Below, one piece after another: positions 1 through 8,885 of a stretch of DNA of 64,000 nucleotides; position 1 is the stretch's first letter; each line of letters begins with the position of its first letter. Source of the DNA: Histomonas meleagridis 2922-C6/04-290x (Eukaryota; Protista; Parabasalia); the NCBI GenBank assembly GCA_020184695.1, contig JAANOX010000161.1:2089-66088 (forward strand), written 5' to 3'. Position numbers and translations under genes: made by a program. Below the pieces are notes generated by a model that was not told the DNA's origin, did not search any database, and saw only the letters and a program-made list of their open reading frames with translations.

Positions 1-1
1 A

Positions 2-3000
2 ATGACAAGACTTAATTGTAATGTTTATTTGCAATTTTCATCGAATTTCATTATTACTATACACATTGATACAATCTTAGTTCCGTTTGATTTTAGATTT
101 GAAATATATGATTTTCCCACAAAGTCATTTAAAAATAATATAAGTATACTTTATTCAAATGAAAAATTAATTTGGCGTGTTCCATTACATTGTAAAATTA
201 TCGGAATTCCTCATATTGGAAAGCAAAAAGCCAATTTAATTAAGTCAAATCTTCCAAATATAGTAAAGATTTTGGAGAATACAGATGACATATATATACA
301 AGAAATTTCTGAATTCGTGTTAACACTTGAAATAGACTCAAGTATTTATCATCGTGATTATGGAAATTATTGTTATTCTTTAGTAATAAAATCACATAAT
401 ATATCAAAAATGGTAACAATAAAGTTTGTTGATGCAAATTCTCTATATATAAACACATCATTTTTATATTCTGCATTGATTCTCGATTATTCAACTATGG
501 AATGGGATAGAGTTGATATTACACCATTTAATAGAGAATTACTCAAATCAAATATGTCAATTACTCCATTTCATTTTGGTAATCCAAAATCTTCACAAGA
601 AATAAAATATGAAGAATTTAATATTTCCCCTAAAAATATTAAAAAATTATATTATATTCATGGGTTTGAAACAGGAGAATTTCAAATAAGTGATTATTCT
701 TGTATTTTTCAAAAAGATGGTCAATTTTCCCTTGCATTAATAGGATTTGATGAGAATTTTCAATGGTTCCCAGCATTTTCAAAATATCCAAATTTAGATG
801 ACATAAGTGAGTTAGAAATATCTAATGAAAATATTGAAATTGCTATAGAAAAAGTTTGTACTTTATTTGAAGGAAAAGACATGGAACACATTTCAAATAG
901 AGATTATGTGAAATTTATGTACATGTTAATTAATCAGAATGTGTTTTATAAAATCAAAGACTTTATAGAAAAATTACCTAAAGAACTTCAAGAGAAAACG
1001 ATGGATTTAATACCAAATGAAGATAAATATGGTGATCTAATTTCTGTATATATGTATAATACAATAATTAGGTTTTACAAATTATTCAAAGAAAGATATG
1101 AAATATTAAAGAATCAAAGTTTCAAACTTTATCCATCACCAGAACCAAGTGAAATTAAGCAAAAAATGGATGAATTATATGAAGAATATATTCAATATGA
1201 TGAACAAACAACTCAAGAACAAATCAAAATCGAAATTAGTTCTATTTTTAGTGATCATCAACAGAAATACAACGAAATCAAAGCCAAAATTGCTCAACTT
1301 GATCCAGAAGATATAGGTTCAAAATGTTATTTGATTAATGAATTCAAACAACCAAAGAAAAAGAAACAATTTAATCCTCATAAGATTATTGCAAATACAA
1401 AGATCAAACAAGATGCCACTGATTCAACAAATATTAATTTTAATTTGCCTTCATTTACAGAAGGTTTGAACTTTGAATCAATTTCTTCTTTGATTCAAAT
1501 TTATTCTTTATGTATACAAGGTACAAGAGTTCTTCCAATATATATACGTAATTTAAAGATTTCTAATCAAGTATTAAAACCAGCCGCAGAATATTATACT
1601 AAATTACTTCAAATATATCGAAAATTACCATATAATGATCATTCATTTTTATCTATTTATGTTAATACATTTTGCGAATCATTCAAAATACTTACAAGTA
1701 AGTTAAAGAAAGCAGGTGCTAACTTTTGTATCATGAATTTACCAAGTAATATGATGGTTAATTCACAGTCATCTCAAGATTTTATACAGATTCCAAACAT
1801 TGGTTCAATTCCTCAAGCTAAAAATAAATGGTCAACAGATTCTGATGGAAATAATATGAAAAATATTAAATTTGGAATGTTTAATCAATCAGAAAATCAA
1901 AGACTTGTTAGTAATGAACAATATGATGAAGAAGATCAATTTTATAATTTACCAAACAAACAAAAAACAGAAAAAGAAATTTTAATTGAACATAAAAATA
2001 TGTCAAAAAGTAATGATTTAATTTATCAAAGAGTTCAATCAGAAATGGATTTAATAACTGTGAAATATAAAGAAAATGATATTGAACAAGAAAATGATAA
2101 TGAAGAAGAGAATAATGAGAATAATGGAGAAAATAATGATCGTAATAAAGAGAATGTTGTAACCGCTCGAGGTGGTACTGAAATGAAAGAAGTTACGAAA
2201 AAGAATTTTGAAGAAAATCTTTCTCAGATAACTGAAATTGATGGAATTCTAAGAGCAATTATACGTATGAAGCAAATGATGAGCAATCCAAAAGAAGATA
2301 ATACAATTTTCTATCAAGAAAGACATGAAATTCCAAATGATTTACTTCAACCAAACAAAAATGAATTTCCAATTCAAGAACTTATTCAACAAAGTTATTA
2401 TCTTAGTGCACCATTTATTCAAGCAGCAACTGATTCAACAGTTCCATATTCGAATATTTGTGTTTGTATTTTAGTTGATTGTAGTTCATTTATATCTGAT
2501 GTAAACAAAATCTTTAATATGTTGATAATATGTTCATTAACAGCAGCACTTAATTCATTAGAAATTCCTTATTCAGTATTATTAATTGCAGATGAGAAAT
2601 TTAAATGTGTTATTAAATCATTTGAAGAAGAACATTCAATTGTTGCATTACAAAGAATTCTTGATTGCTTATTAATTAAAAGATATCGAACTAATTTAAT
2701 TCATTCGATTAAATTTGCTATTGATACAATTCCTGAATCAATTCTTAAAACAAGACCAAACGTTTCATTTTTCACATTTACTGATGGATTAGATGAAAAT
2801 CTTCTTCGAACAAGTCTCTGGGCAAATCTTTTATCTAATCCTAATTATTCATTTGGATTTAGCTTTATTAAATCAAGTAAACTTGAAAAAGAAAACTTAG
2901 ACTTTATTGAAGGTGTTTGGAATGATTTCGAAACCAAAACTAAAGAACTTGGTGCAAAATCATTAATAAAAGTTGTTTCAATTCAAGCAGAAATCAATAG

Positions 3001-6000
3001 TCAACTTACTAAATCACTTATTGAAATGTTTATGAATGTAATGAAACGTGAACTTGATGATACACAAATTTCACAATATCAAGAAATTACACTTCCCCAG
3101 TTTGCTGAAAAGATACCAGAAATAAATGATTTGGATAACTTTAAGAAATTAATGCATTATATAATACCATTAGAAAAAGGAGTTTATTCAGGAAGAACAG
3201 AAGTATTAAATTCATTATCAAGTAGGTTTAGTAAATTAAAGATGTCACATTATCGTAATCATTCAAATAGAATTAATGCATCTTCAAGAAAAATAGAGAA
3301 AAAAGAACTTGATACTTTAATTCATTCATTTATTAAAACTGAAAGAAATCATCATTCTTCTTTAGAAACTATATTTAAACCAAATAAAGCTTCACAAACA
3401 GTTTTATCTTCAACAGGTACAGATTTTGATATCACTGCATTAATATTAAATATATTAAATCCAGTACCAGATCCATTAATTTATTTAGTAGAAAAAGGAG
3501 GATTAATTCGTAATTATGGAGTAACTATTGTTATTGATCCATCAATTTCATGTTTTAGTGAACTTAATGGTGCACATACACTTCAAACAATTCAAAGCCT
3601 TTTATCAGTATTTACAATTCTTGATTTACCAAGTTTTGATTTAATTATTGCAGGTTCGCCAACACCAAATATATTATGTTCTGGTGTAAATACATTTAAT
3701 GCTTTGAATCCAAAATCACTAATTTGGGAATCATTATTTGCATTTTTACAAAACAATAAAAGAAATGTTGATTTAGCTTCATCTATTCATGCAGCTTATG
3801 ATCTGAAACGAATCAAATCAACGGATTATTCAAGTATATTATTTGTCATTACTGATGGTTTATATCAAGAAAATGAACAAAAACAAATTCTTGAACAAGT
3901 TAATTCATGTGTACAATATGGTATTACTACAATTGGAATTGGTGTAGGTATTTGTCCAAAAGGAATCACGAATTTATTCCCACAAGTTGTATTTTCACCT
4001 AATCCTTCTTATTTAATGAATGGTATTGCTTCTATTTTTGGTGAAGATTTAATAGAAAAACTTGAAAAAATATCTTTAGTTCAAAATAATGAACCAAATA
4101 TTGAAACTATATCTGATATAATCCAAAACTTAATTAAAAACAAGGACAATCCAATATTTTCTTCATTAAAAGAAGATTTACAAAATATCACACCTTCACT
4201 TGATGCATTTCGTGAATTCTATAACCCAGAACAAAATGTGAAAGATGCAAATAATGAATTTATTAATCCAGAAGGAGATAATACTGAAATATACGATAAA
4301 GATTCATTAAAAGGTCAAAAAATACTTATAGTAATGTTATGGTCAAATGAATTAAATCCTGAGAAAGAGTCCACAGAAGTTCATCCAGATTATATATTTA
4401 AATCAAGTGAAGAAGGTCATACAGAATGTATCAAAACAGCTGTAGATCACTTTGGCATTGAACTTAAAGTCGTTATAAATTATTATGATGCAATTGTCGA
4501 ATTAACGAAGCAAACTAAACCTGGATATTGTGACTATTATGCTGTGTGGGTAATGTGCGGTCCTCCTTATGCACTATTACCTCCTCAAAACAATCCTCAT
4601 GCAGATCCGAATTTAGTTGGTCAATTTAATGAAGTATTAATTCAGTATTGGCAAAATGGAGGCTCAATTGTATTTTGGGCAGAAGGAGATCCACTTCATT
4701 ATCAAGTTAATTTATTCCTTGAAACAGCAACTTTTCCAGAATTAGGAAATAAATGTTCTGAATTACGTATTGGTGGCGAACATGCAGGAAGTAAAATTTT
4801 ACTTGGAGATGAAACAGGCGAATTAAAGAATCCACAAACTTTCAATAGAAAGAAACAAGACTTCAAGAAATTTAATCGAACTTCTTTATCACATAATCTT
4901 GGAAAAATTTTCGAAGGAATTACAATATCATATGCGCAAAATAAAATAGAGCCTTTCATTCCATTTTCACGTGATTCAGAAGGTGGAATTAGTTCAATGT
5001 TTTATCCAAGTGATACTGTTCATGGCGATATTATAATCGATTGTGGTTACACAAAATGTTTTATGCAAATGCGAACAGATGGAACATTTCGATACGTACA
5101 AAATATTGCCGGATGGACAGCACGACCTGAAGTGCATATGTGGATAGATAATTGTAATAAACCTAATGAATGGAGGCCAAAAGCTGTAAGTTATAACATA
5201 CAATTGGGTGTTAAATGGAACAAATTCCAGCAAATGCCTAATATTATAAAGAAGAGATTATTCGCAATAGATACATCTGGATCTGTAAGTGGTAATGTTT
5301 TTTATTATTCAGAACTTCAAAAAATTATTAATAATAACTTCAGTCCTGGCGATAAGATTTATATATGGAATTCATCACAGCCTGAAGACAAAACAAATTC
5401 AATAAATTTAATAATTTCAAGTAAATATGGTTCTGGAGGTACAGATTCTGACCTCATTGCGGACATTGCAAATATGGCAGGAAGCGAATATCACGATCAC
5501 TTGATTATAGTTACGGATGGTTACGTTGCTTCTGGAACTGTTCAAAAAGGCGATGAAAAAATGAGAAGATATAATATCAAGTTCAAAAAAGTTACAACTT
5601 ATATTATAAACAATTCTAGCAGTGGAGCTGATTTTTCTGTTGGCGCCGCATACAGTAGAGGCTGTCCAAACGAAACTTATTACATTACACCCGGAAGAAC
5701 AGAAAAAATGAATGTTTTGCTACAAGAAGACATCAACGCATTAAATGGAATGAGTTCAATTTCAACTTATTCGCAATTCATAAGTAAATACGATTCACTT
5801 GAAAGAGCAGTACAAGCTAAAACAATCGGAACAAAAGGAGACAGTGGATTAAAGTATGATTTGAATGCAATGAAGCAAAGAATTAATCAAAATGGATTAA
5901 GTTCAAATGATAGAAATAACTTTGAAGCGAAATGGAATGTATTATACAAAATGGCTGATGGTGCAATTCAAAACACATTTAGCCTAAGTGATATAGCAGC

Positions 6001-6016
6001 TGCTAAGACATCTTGA
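2..6016 (+). CDS. Giant (>=2004 aa) multi-vWA-domain protein; probably continues upstream of the window
   Basis: Three vWA/MIDAS-type modules: ILVDCSS...FTFTDG, IVIDPSIS...FVITDG...IGIGVG, and FAIDTSGS...GGTDS...IVTDG. An acidic E/N-rich linker precedes them. The frame is open from the window edge. Confidence 0.75.
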   Translation: MTRLNCNVYLQFSSNFIITIHIDTILVPFDFRFEIYDFPTKSFKNNISILYSNEKLIWRVPLHCKIIGIPHIGKQKANLIKSNLPNIVKILENTDDIYIQEISEFVLTLEIDSSIYHRDYGNYCYSLVIKSHNISKMVTIKFVDANSLYINTSFLYSALILDYSTMEWDRVDITPFNRELLKSNMSITPFHFGNPKSSQEIKYEEFNISPKNIKKLYYIHGFETGEFQISDYSCIFQKDGQFSLALIGFDENFQWFPAFSKYPNLDDISELEISNENIEIAIEKVCTLFEGKDMEHISNRDYVKFMYMLINQNVFYKIKDFIEKLPKELQEKTMDLIPNEDKYGDLISVYMYNTIIRFYKLFKERYEILKNQSFKLYPSPEPSEIKQKMDELYEEYIQYDEQTTQEQIKIEISSIFSDHQQKYNEIKAKIAQLDPEDIGSKCYLINEFKQPKKKKQFNPHKIIANTKIKQDATDSTNINFNLPSFTEGLNFESISSLIQIYSLCIQGTRVLPIYIRNLKISNQVLKPAAEYYTKLLQIYRKLPYNDHSFLSIYVNTFCESFKILTSKLKKAGANFCIMNLPSNMMVNSQSSQDFIQIPNIGSIPQAKNKWSTDSDGNNMKNIKFGMFNQSENQRLVSNEQYDEEDQFYNLPNKQKTEKEILIEHKNMSKSNDLIYQRVQSEMDLITVKYKENDIEQENDNEEENNENNGENNDRNKENVVTARGGTEMKEVTKKNFEENLSQITEIDGILRAIIRMKQMMSNPKEDNTIFYQERHEIPNDLLQPNKNEFPIQELIQQSYYLSAPFIQAATDSTVPYSNICVCILVDCSSFISDVNKIFNMLIICSLTAALNSLEIPYSVLLIADEKFKCVIKSFEEEHSIVALQRILDCLLIKRYRTNLIHSIKFAIDTIPESILKTRPNVSFFTFTDGLDENLLRTSLWANLLSNPNYSFGFSFIKSSKLEKENLDFIEGVWNDFETKTKELGAKSLIKVVSIQAEINSQLTKSLIEMFMNVMKRELDDTQISQYQEITLPQFAEKIPEINDLDNFKKLMHYIIPLEKGVYSGRTEVLNSLSSRFSKLKMSHYRNHSNRINASSRKIEKKELDTLIHSFIKTERNHHSSLETIFKPNKASQTVLSSTGTDFDITALILNILNPVPDPLIYLVEKGGLIRNYGVTIVIDPSISCFSELNGAHTLQTIQSLLSVFTILDLPSFDLIIAGSPTPNILCSGVNTFNALNPKSLIWESLFAFLQNNKRNVDLASSIHAAYDLKRIKSTDYSSILFVITDGLYQENEQKQILEQVNSCVQYGITTIGIGVGICPKGITNLFPQVVFSPNPSYLMNGIASIFGEDLIEKLEKISLVQNNEPNIETISDIIQNLIKNKDNPIFSSLKEDLQNITPSLDAFREFYNPEQNVKDANNEFINPEGDNTEIYDKDSLKGQKILIVMLWSNELNPEKESTEVHPDYIFKSSEEGHTECIKTAVDHFGIELKVVINYYDAIVELTKQTKPGYCDYYAVWVMCGPPYALLPPQNNPHADPNLVGQFNEVLIQYWQNGGSIVFWAEGDPLHYQVNLFLETATFPELGNKCSELRIGGEHAGSKILLGDETGELKNPQTFNRKKQDFKKFNRTSLSHNLGKIFEGITISYAQNKIEPFIPFSRDSEGGISSMFYPSDTVHGDIIIDCGYTKCFMQMRTDGTFRYVQNIAGWTARPEVHMWIDNCNKPNEWRPKAVSYNIQLGVKWNKFQQMPNIIKKRLFAIDTSGSVSGNVFYYSELQKIINNNFSPGDKIYIWNSSQPEDKTNSINLIISSKYGSGGTDSDLIADIANMAGSEYHDHLIIVTDGYVASGTVQKGDEKMRRYNIKFKKVTTYIINNSSSGADFSVGAAYSRGCPNETYYITPGRTEKMNVLLQEDINALNGMSSISTYSQFISKYDSLERAVQAKTIGTKGDSGLKYDLNAMKQRINQNGLSSNDRNNFEAKWNVLYKMADGAIQNTFSLSDIAAAKTS

Positions 6017-6143
6017 TTATTAACTGAATCATCAATACTAAAAATCAATCTAATTACATTTAAATTCTTTTTCTTTTTTCAATTCAAAAAAATGAACACA
6101 TAATCTTAATATGATTCAAAATACAAAACATACGTATTTTTTA
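5942..6143 (+). repeat. Copy A of a ~202-bp duplicated segment (last 24 codons, stop and 3' UTR of the vWA gene)
   Basis: The reverse complement is at 17433-17635 with about 6 substitutions and one homopolymer indel (read by eye). Confidence 0.95.
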
Positions 6144-6368
6144 GATATAAATATCAAGTGATGCACAAAAATTTTTTAATTCAAATTCATTTTTTGTTTT
6201 ATGACACATTGGGAAGATTAACCCAAAGATTTAATATATCTTTGTGAACGAAATACATTAGTTTTCAATTGGTCGCAAACATACAATCATTTTTCATATC
6301 ACAATTCGCACATTAAACACAAAAGTGCTACATAATCAAGATCTTGATTTAACTATCTTTGTTTGATC

Positions 6369-6968
6369 ATGGAGTGGATGTCCAAGGAATATCCCGTGAG
6401 AGTGGCACCTATTTTCAATGATCCAAATTACATTTTAGACTTTTTTGAGCAGGAAGGATTTTATACTTTTTCAAGATTTTCTGTTTTTGATGATTGCATG
6501 TTCATATATTTTCCAGAAATTCAAGAAGCTGAAGCATTTGTTCATTACTTCAACCAGCTCAAAATTGCTGGAGTTACTTTACAAGTTACGTTTGAGAGGC
6601 CTGAACATGTTGATATTCCATCTTATTCTGATCGAAAAAGAGGCGAGACAATCATATCAAGAACTTTAGCAATAAGAGGGTATCCACCTCAACTTCTCAC
6701 AGATCGAAATTTATATAATGACTTTTGGAAATATGGTTATTTAAAACAGATTGAAATCAAAAAAAGTGTTGGATATCTCCAGTATGATACGGAAAGCGAT
6801 GCAGCCAATGCCATTCATGAAAAAAATGGAACATTTGTTAATGGAGAAAAAATATTTGTTGAATGTATTCCTGACAAAGCACTTAATGTTCCTAACATTC
6901 TCGTACCCCTTGTTATTGCAGAAAACACTCGTATCCAAAAAGACAGAGAGAATTTACCTCACGATTAG
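6369..6968 (+). CDS. RNA-binding protein with two RRM domains
   Basis: RNP1-like CMFIYF and VGYLQY; RRM signature DAANAIHEKNGTFVNGEKIFVE. First ATG is at 6369 (ORF track starts at TTG 6363). Confidence 0.8.
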   Translation: MEWMSKEYPVRVAPIFNDPNYILDFFEQEGFYTFSRFSVFDDCMFIYFPEIQEAEAFVHYFNQLKIAGVTLQVTFERPEHVDIPSYSDRKRGETIISRTLAIRGYPPQLLTDRNLYNDFWKYGYLKQIEIKKSVGYLQYDTESDAANAIHEKNGTFVNGEKIFVECIPDKALNVPNILVPLVIAENTRIQKDRENLPHD

Positions 6969-7279
6969 TACCACACGATCAAAATCAATTCAAATATTTC
7001 ACATTCAATTAATTTTGATCGTGCCAAACTTTTTCTTATTTGGGTGGATCTTTTATATTTAAAATGTGTTTAAATGTTTGAATGAATAACAAACTTTTTT
7101 TTACATAGTGATTAATTAACAGATCACTTATTTTATTTTATGTTTTTAAAATGAAACTTTCAAAATTGAGCGCATAGAATGATTAAAGTTTCTTCATTCA
7201 ATAAGATAATAAACTTTTCTTCCGAATAAAACCTAAACATTTCATAATTAATTTTCATACTTTTTGAGGGTATTCATTT

Positions 7280-8842
7280 ATGCAAGAAGAAAAGATATTA
7301 ATTATTGATTTTGGAGGACAATTTAGTCAGATTATTGCCAAGCGCATTAGGGAATATAAAGTTTATTGTGAGTTAATAAATAGTGAGTCGGTCACAATTG
7401 AAAAGATTAAAACGATTCATCCGATTGGTATCATATTTTCTGGAGGCCCTAATAGTGTTTATGAAGAAAATTCTCCAAAAATCCCTAAAGAAATTTTTTC
7501 ACTTAAAATCCCTATTTTCGGAATATGCTATGGGTGTCAATTAATAGCTTTTACACTTGGAGGTAAAGTCGAAAAATGTACTAAATCTGAGTTTGGAGAA
7601 GTCGAAATTCGTTTTGTTGAAACACAAGTAACAAAAGGATTCTCAAACCATTCATTTACTTATTGGATGAGTCATACAGATTCAGTCGTTGAGATACCAA
7701 AAGGATTTACAACATTTGGATTCACACAAAACTGTCAAAACGCAGCATTTTGTGATGAAGAAAACAAAATATATGGTGTACAATTTCATCCCGAAGTTCA
7801 AGAAATGATCGACACCACACGAATCCAAAATCACTTAAATATTCTTTACAACTTTTTATATGAAGTTGTTAAAGCAAATGGTAAATGGAACATTAAAAAT
7901 TTTGTATCTACTAAAATATTAGAGCTTCAACGAATCATTGGAAATCGTCGCGTTTTATGTGGCGTTTCTGGCGGCGTTGATTCTATTGTTGCTGCAACTC
8001 TTATTCATCGAGCGATTGGAAACCAACTTACATGTATTTTCATCGATCATGGATTTTTACGTAAAAATGAAGCAGATGAAGTCATTAAAGAATTTCAAGA
8101 AAATGTCGGACTTCAACTCATTAAATTTGATGATGAGAAAATATTTATCGAAAAATTAAAAGGTATTTCTGATCCAGAAGAAAAGCGAAAAGTTATAGGC
8201 GAACAATTTGTTCGTTCATTTGAAAGACATTCACTTGAACTTGGAAAGTTTACTATTCTTGCGCAAGGTACAATTTATCCTGATGTTATTGAAAGCGGGA
8301 AATGTAAAAACAAAAGTTCTGTTATTAAAAGTCATCATAATGTTGGTGGACTTCCTAATAATTTCGATTTCGAAGAAATCATTGAACCACTTCGAGAATT
8401 GTTTAAAGACGAAGTTAGAAAAGTTGGATTTGAACTTGCCCTTCCAGAAAAAATTGTCCTTCGACAACCTTTTCCTGGACCAGGGCTTGCGATACGAATA
8501 ATTGGAGAAGTTACCGAAGAGAAACTTAAGATATTAAGGAATAGTGAACATATTCTTAAAGAAGAAATCGAGAAGTCTGGATTAAACAAATCTATATGGC
8601 AATATTTTACGGTCTTAACAAATTGTAAAACAGTTGGATCGCAAGGAGATTATCGAACTTATGAAAACGTTATAGCAATTAGAGCTGTGCATTCGATCGA
8701 TTCCATGACAGCAAAAATAGCGAGAATTCCTTATGATGTGTTGGAAACAATTTCAAGTAGAATTGTGAATGAAGTTCCTCATACGAATCGAGTAGTATAT
8801 GATATAACTTCAAAACCACCAGCAACAATAGAATGGGAATAA
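7280..8842 (+). CDS. guaA: GMP synthase (glutamine-hydrolysing)
   Basis: IIDFGGQ, SGGPNSV, GICYG (catalytic Cys), QFHPE, SGGVDS PP-loop, HHNVGG, RQPFPGPGLAIR and C-terminal YDITSKPPATIEWE. Confidence 0.98.
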   Translation: MQEEKILIIDFGGQFSQIIAKRIREYKVYCELINSESVTIEKIKTIHPIGIIFSGGPNSVYEENSPKIPKEIFSLKIPIFGICYGCQLIAFTLGGKVEKCTKSEFGEVEIRFVETQVTKGFSNHSFTYWMSHTDSVVEIPKGFTTFGFTQNCQNAAFCDEENKIYGVQFHPEVQEMIDTTRIQNHLNILYNFLYEVVKANGKWNIKNFVSTKILELQRIIGNRRVLCGVSGGVDSIVAATLIHRAIGNQLTCIFIDHGFLRKNEADEVIKEFQENVGLQLIKFDDEKIFIEKLKGISDPEEKRKVIGEQFVRSFERHSLELGKFTILAQGTIYPDVIESGKCKNKSSVIKSHHNVGGLPNNFDFEEIIEPLRELFKDEVRKVGFELALPEKIVLRQPFPGPGLAIRIIGEVTEEKLKILRNSEHILKEEIEKSGLNKSIWQYFTVLTNCKTVGSQGDYRTYENVIAIRAVHSIDSMTAKIARIPYDVLETISSRIVNEVPHTNRVVYDITSKPPATIEWE

Positions 8843-8885
8843 AAATTTATCTAAAATTTTTTTTATTTATTATAATAATATTAAA

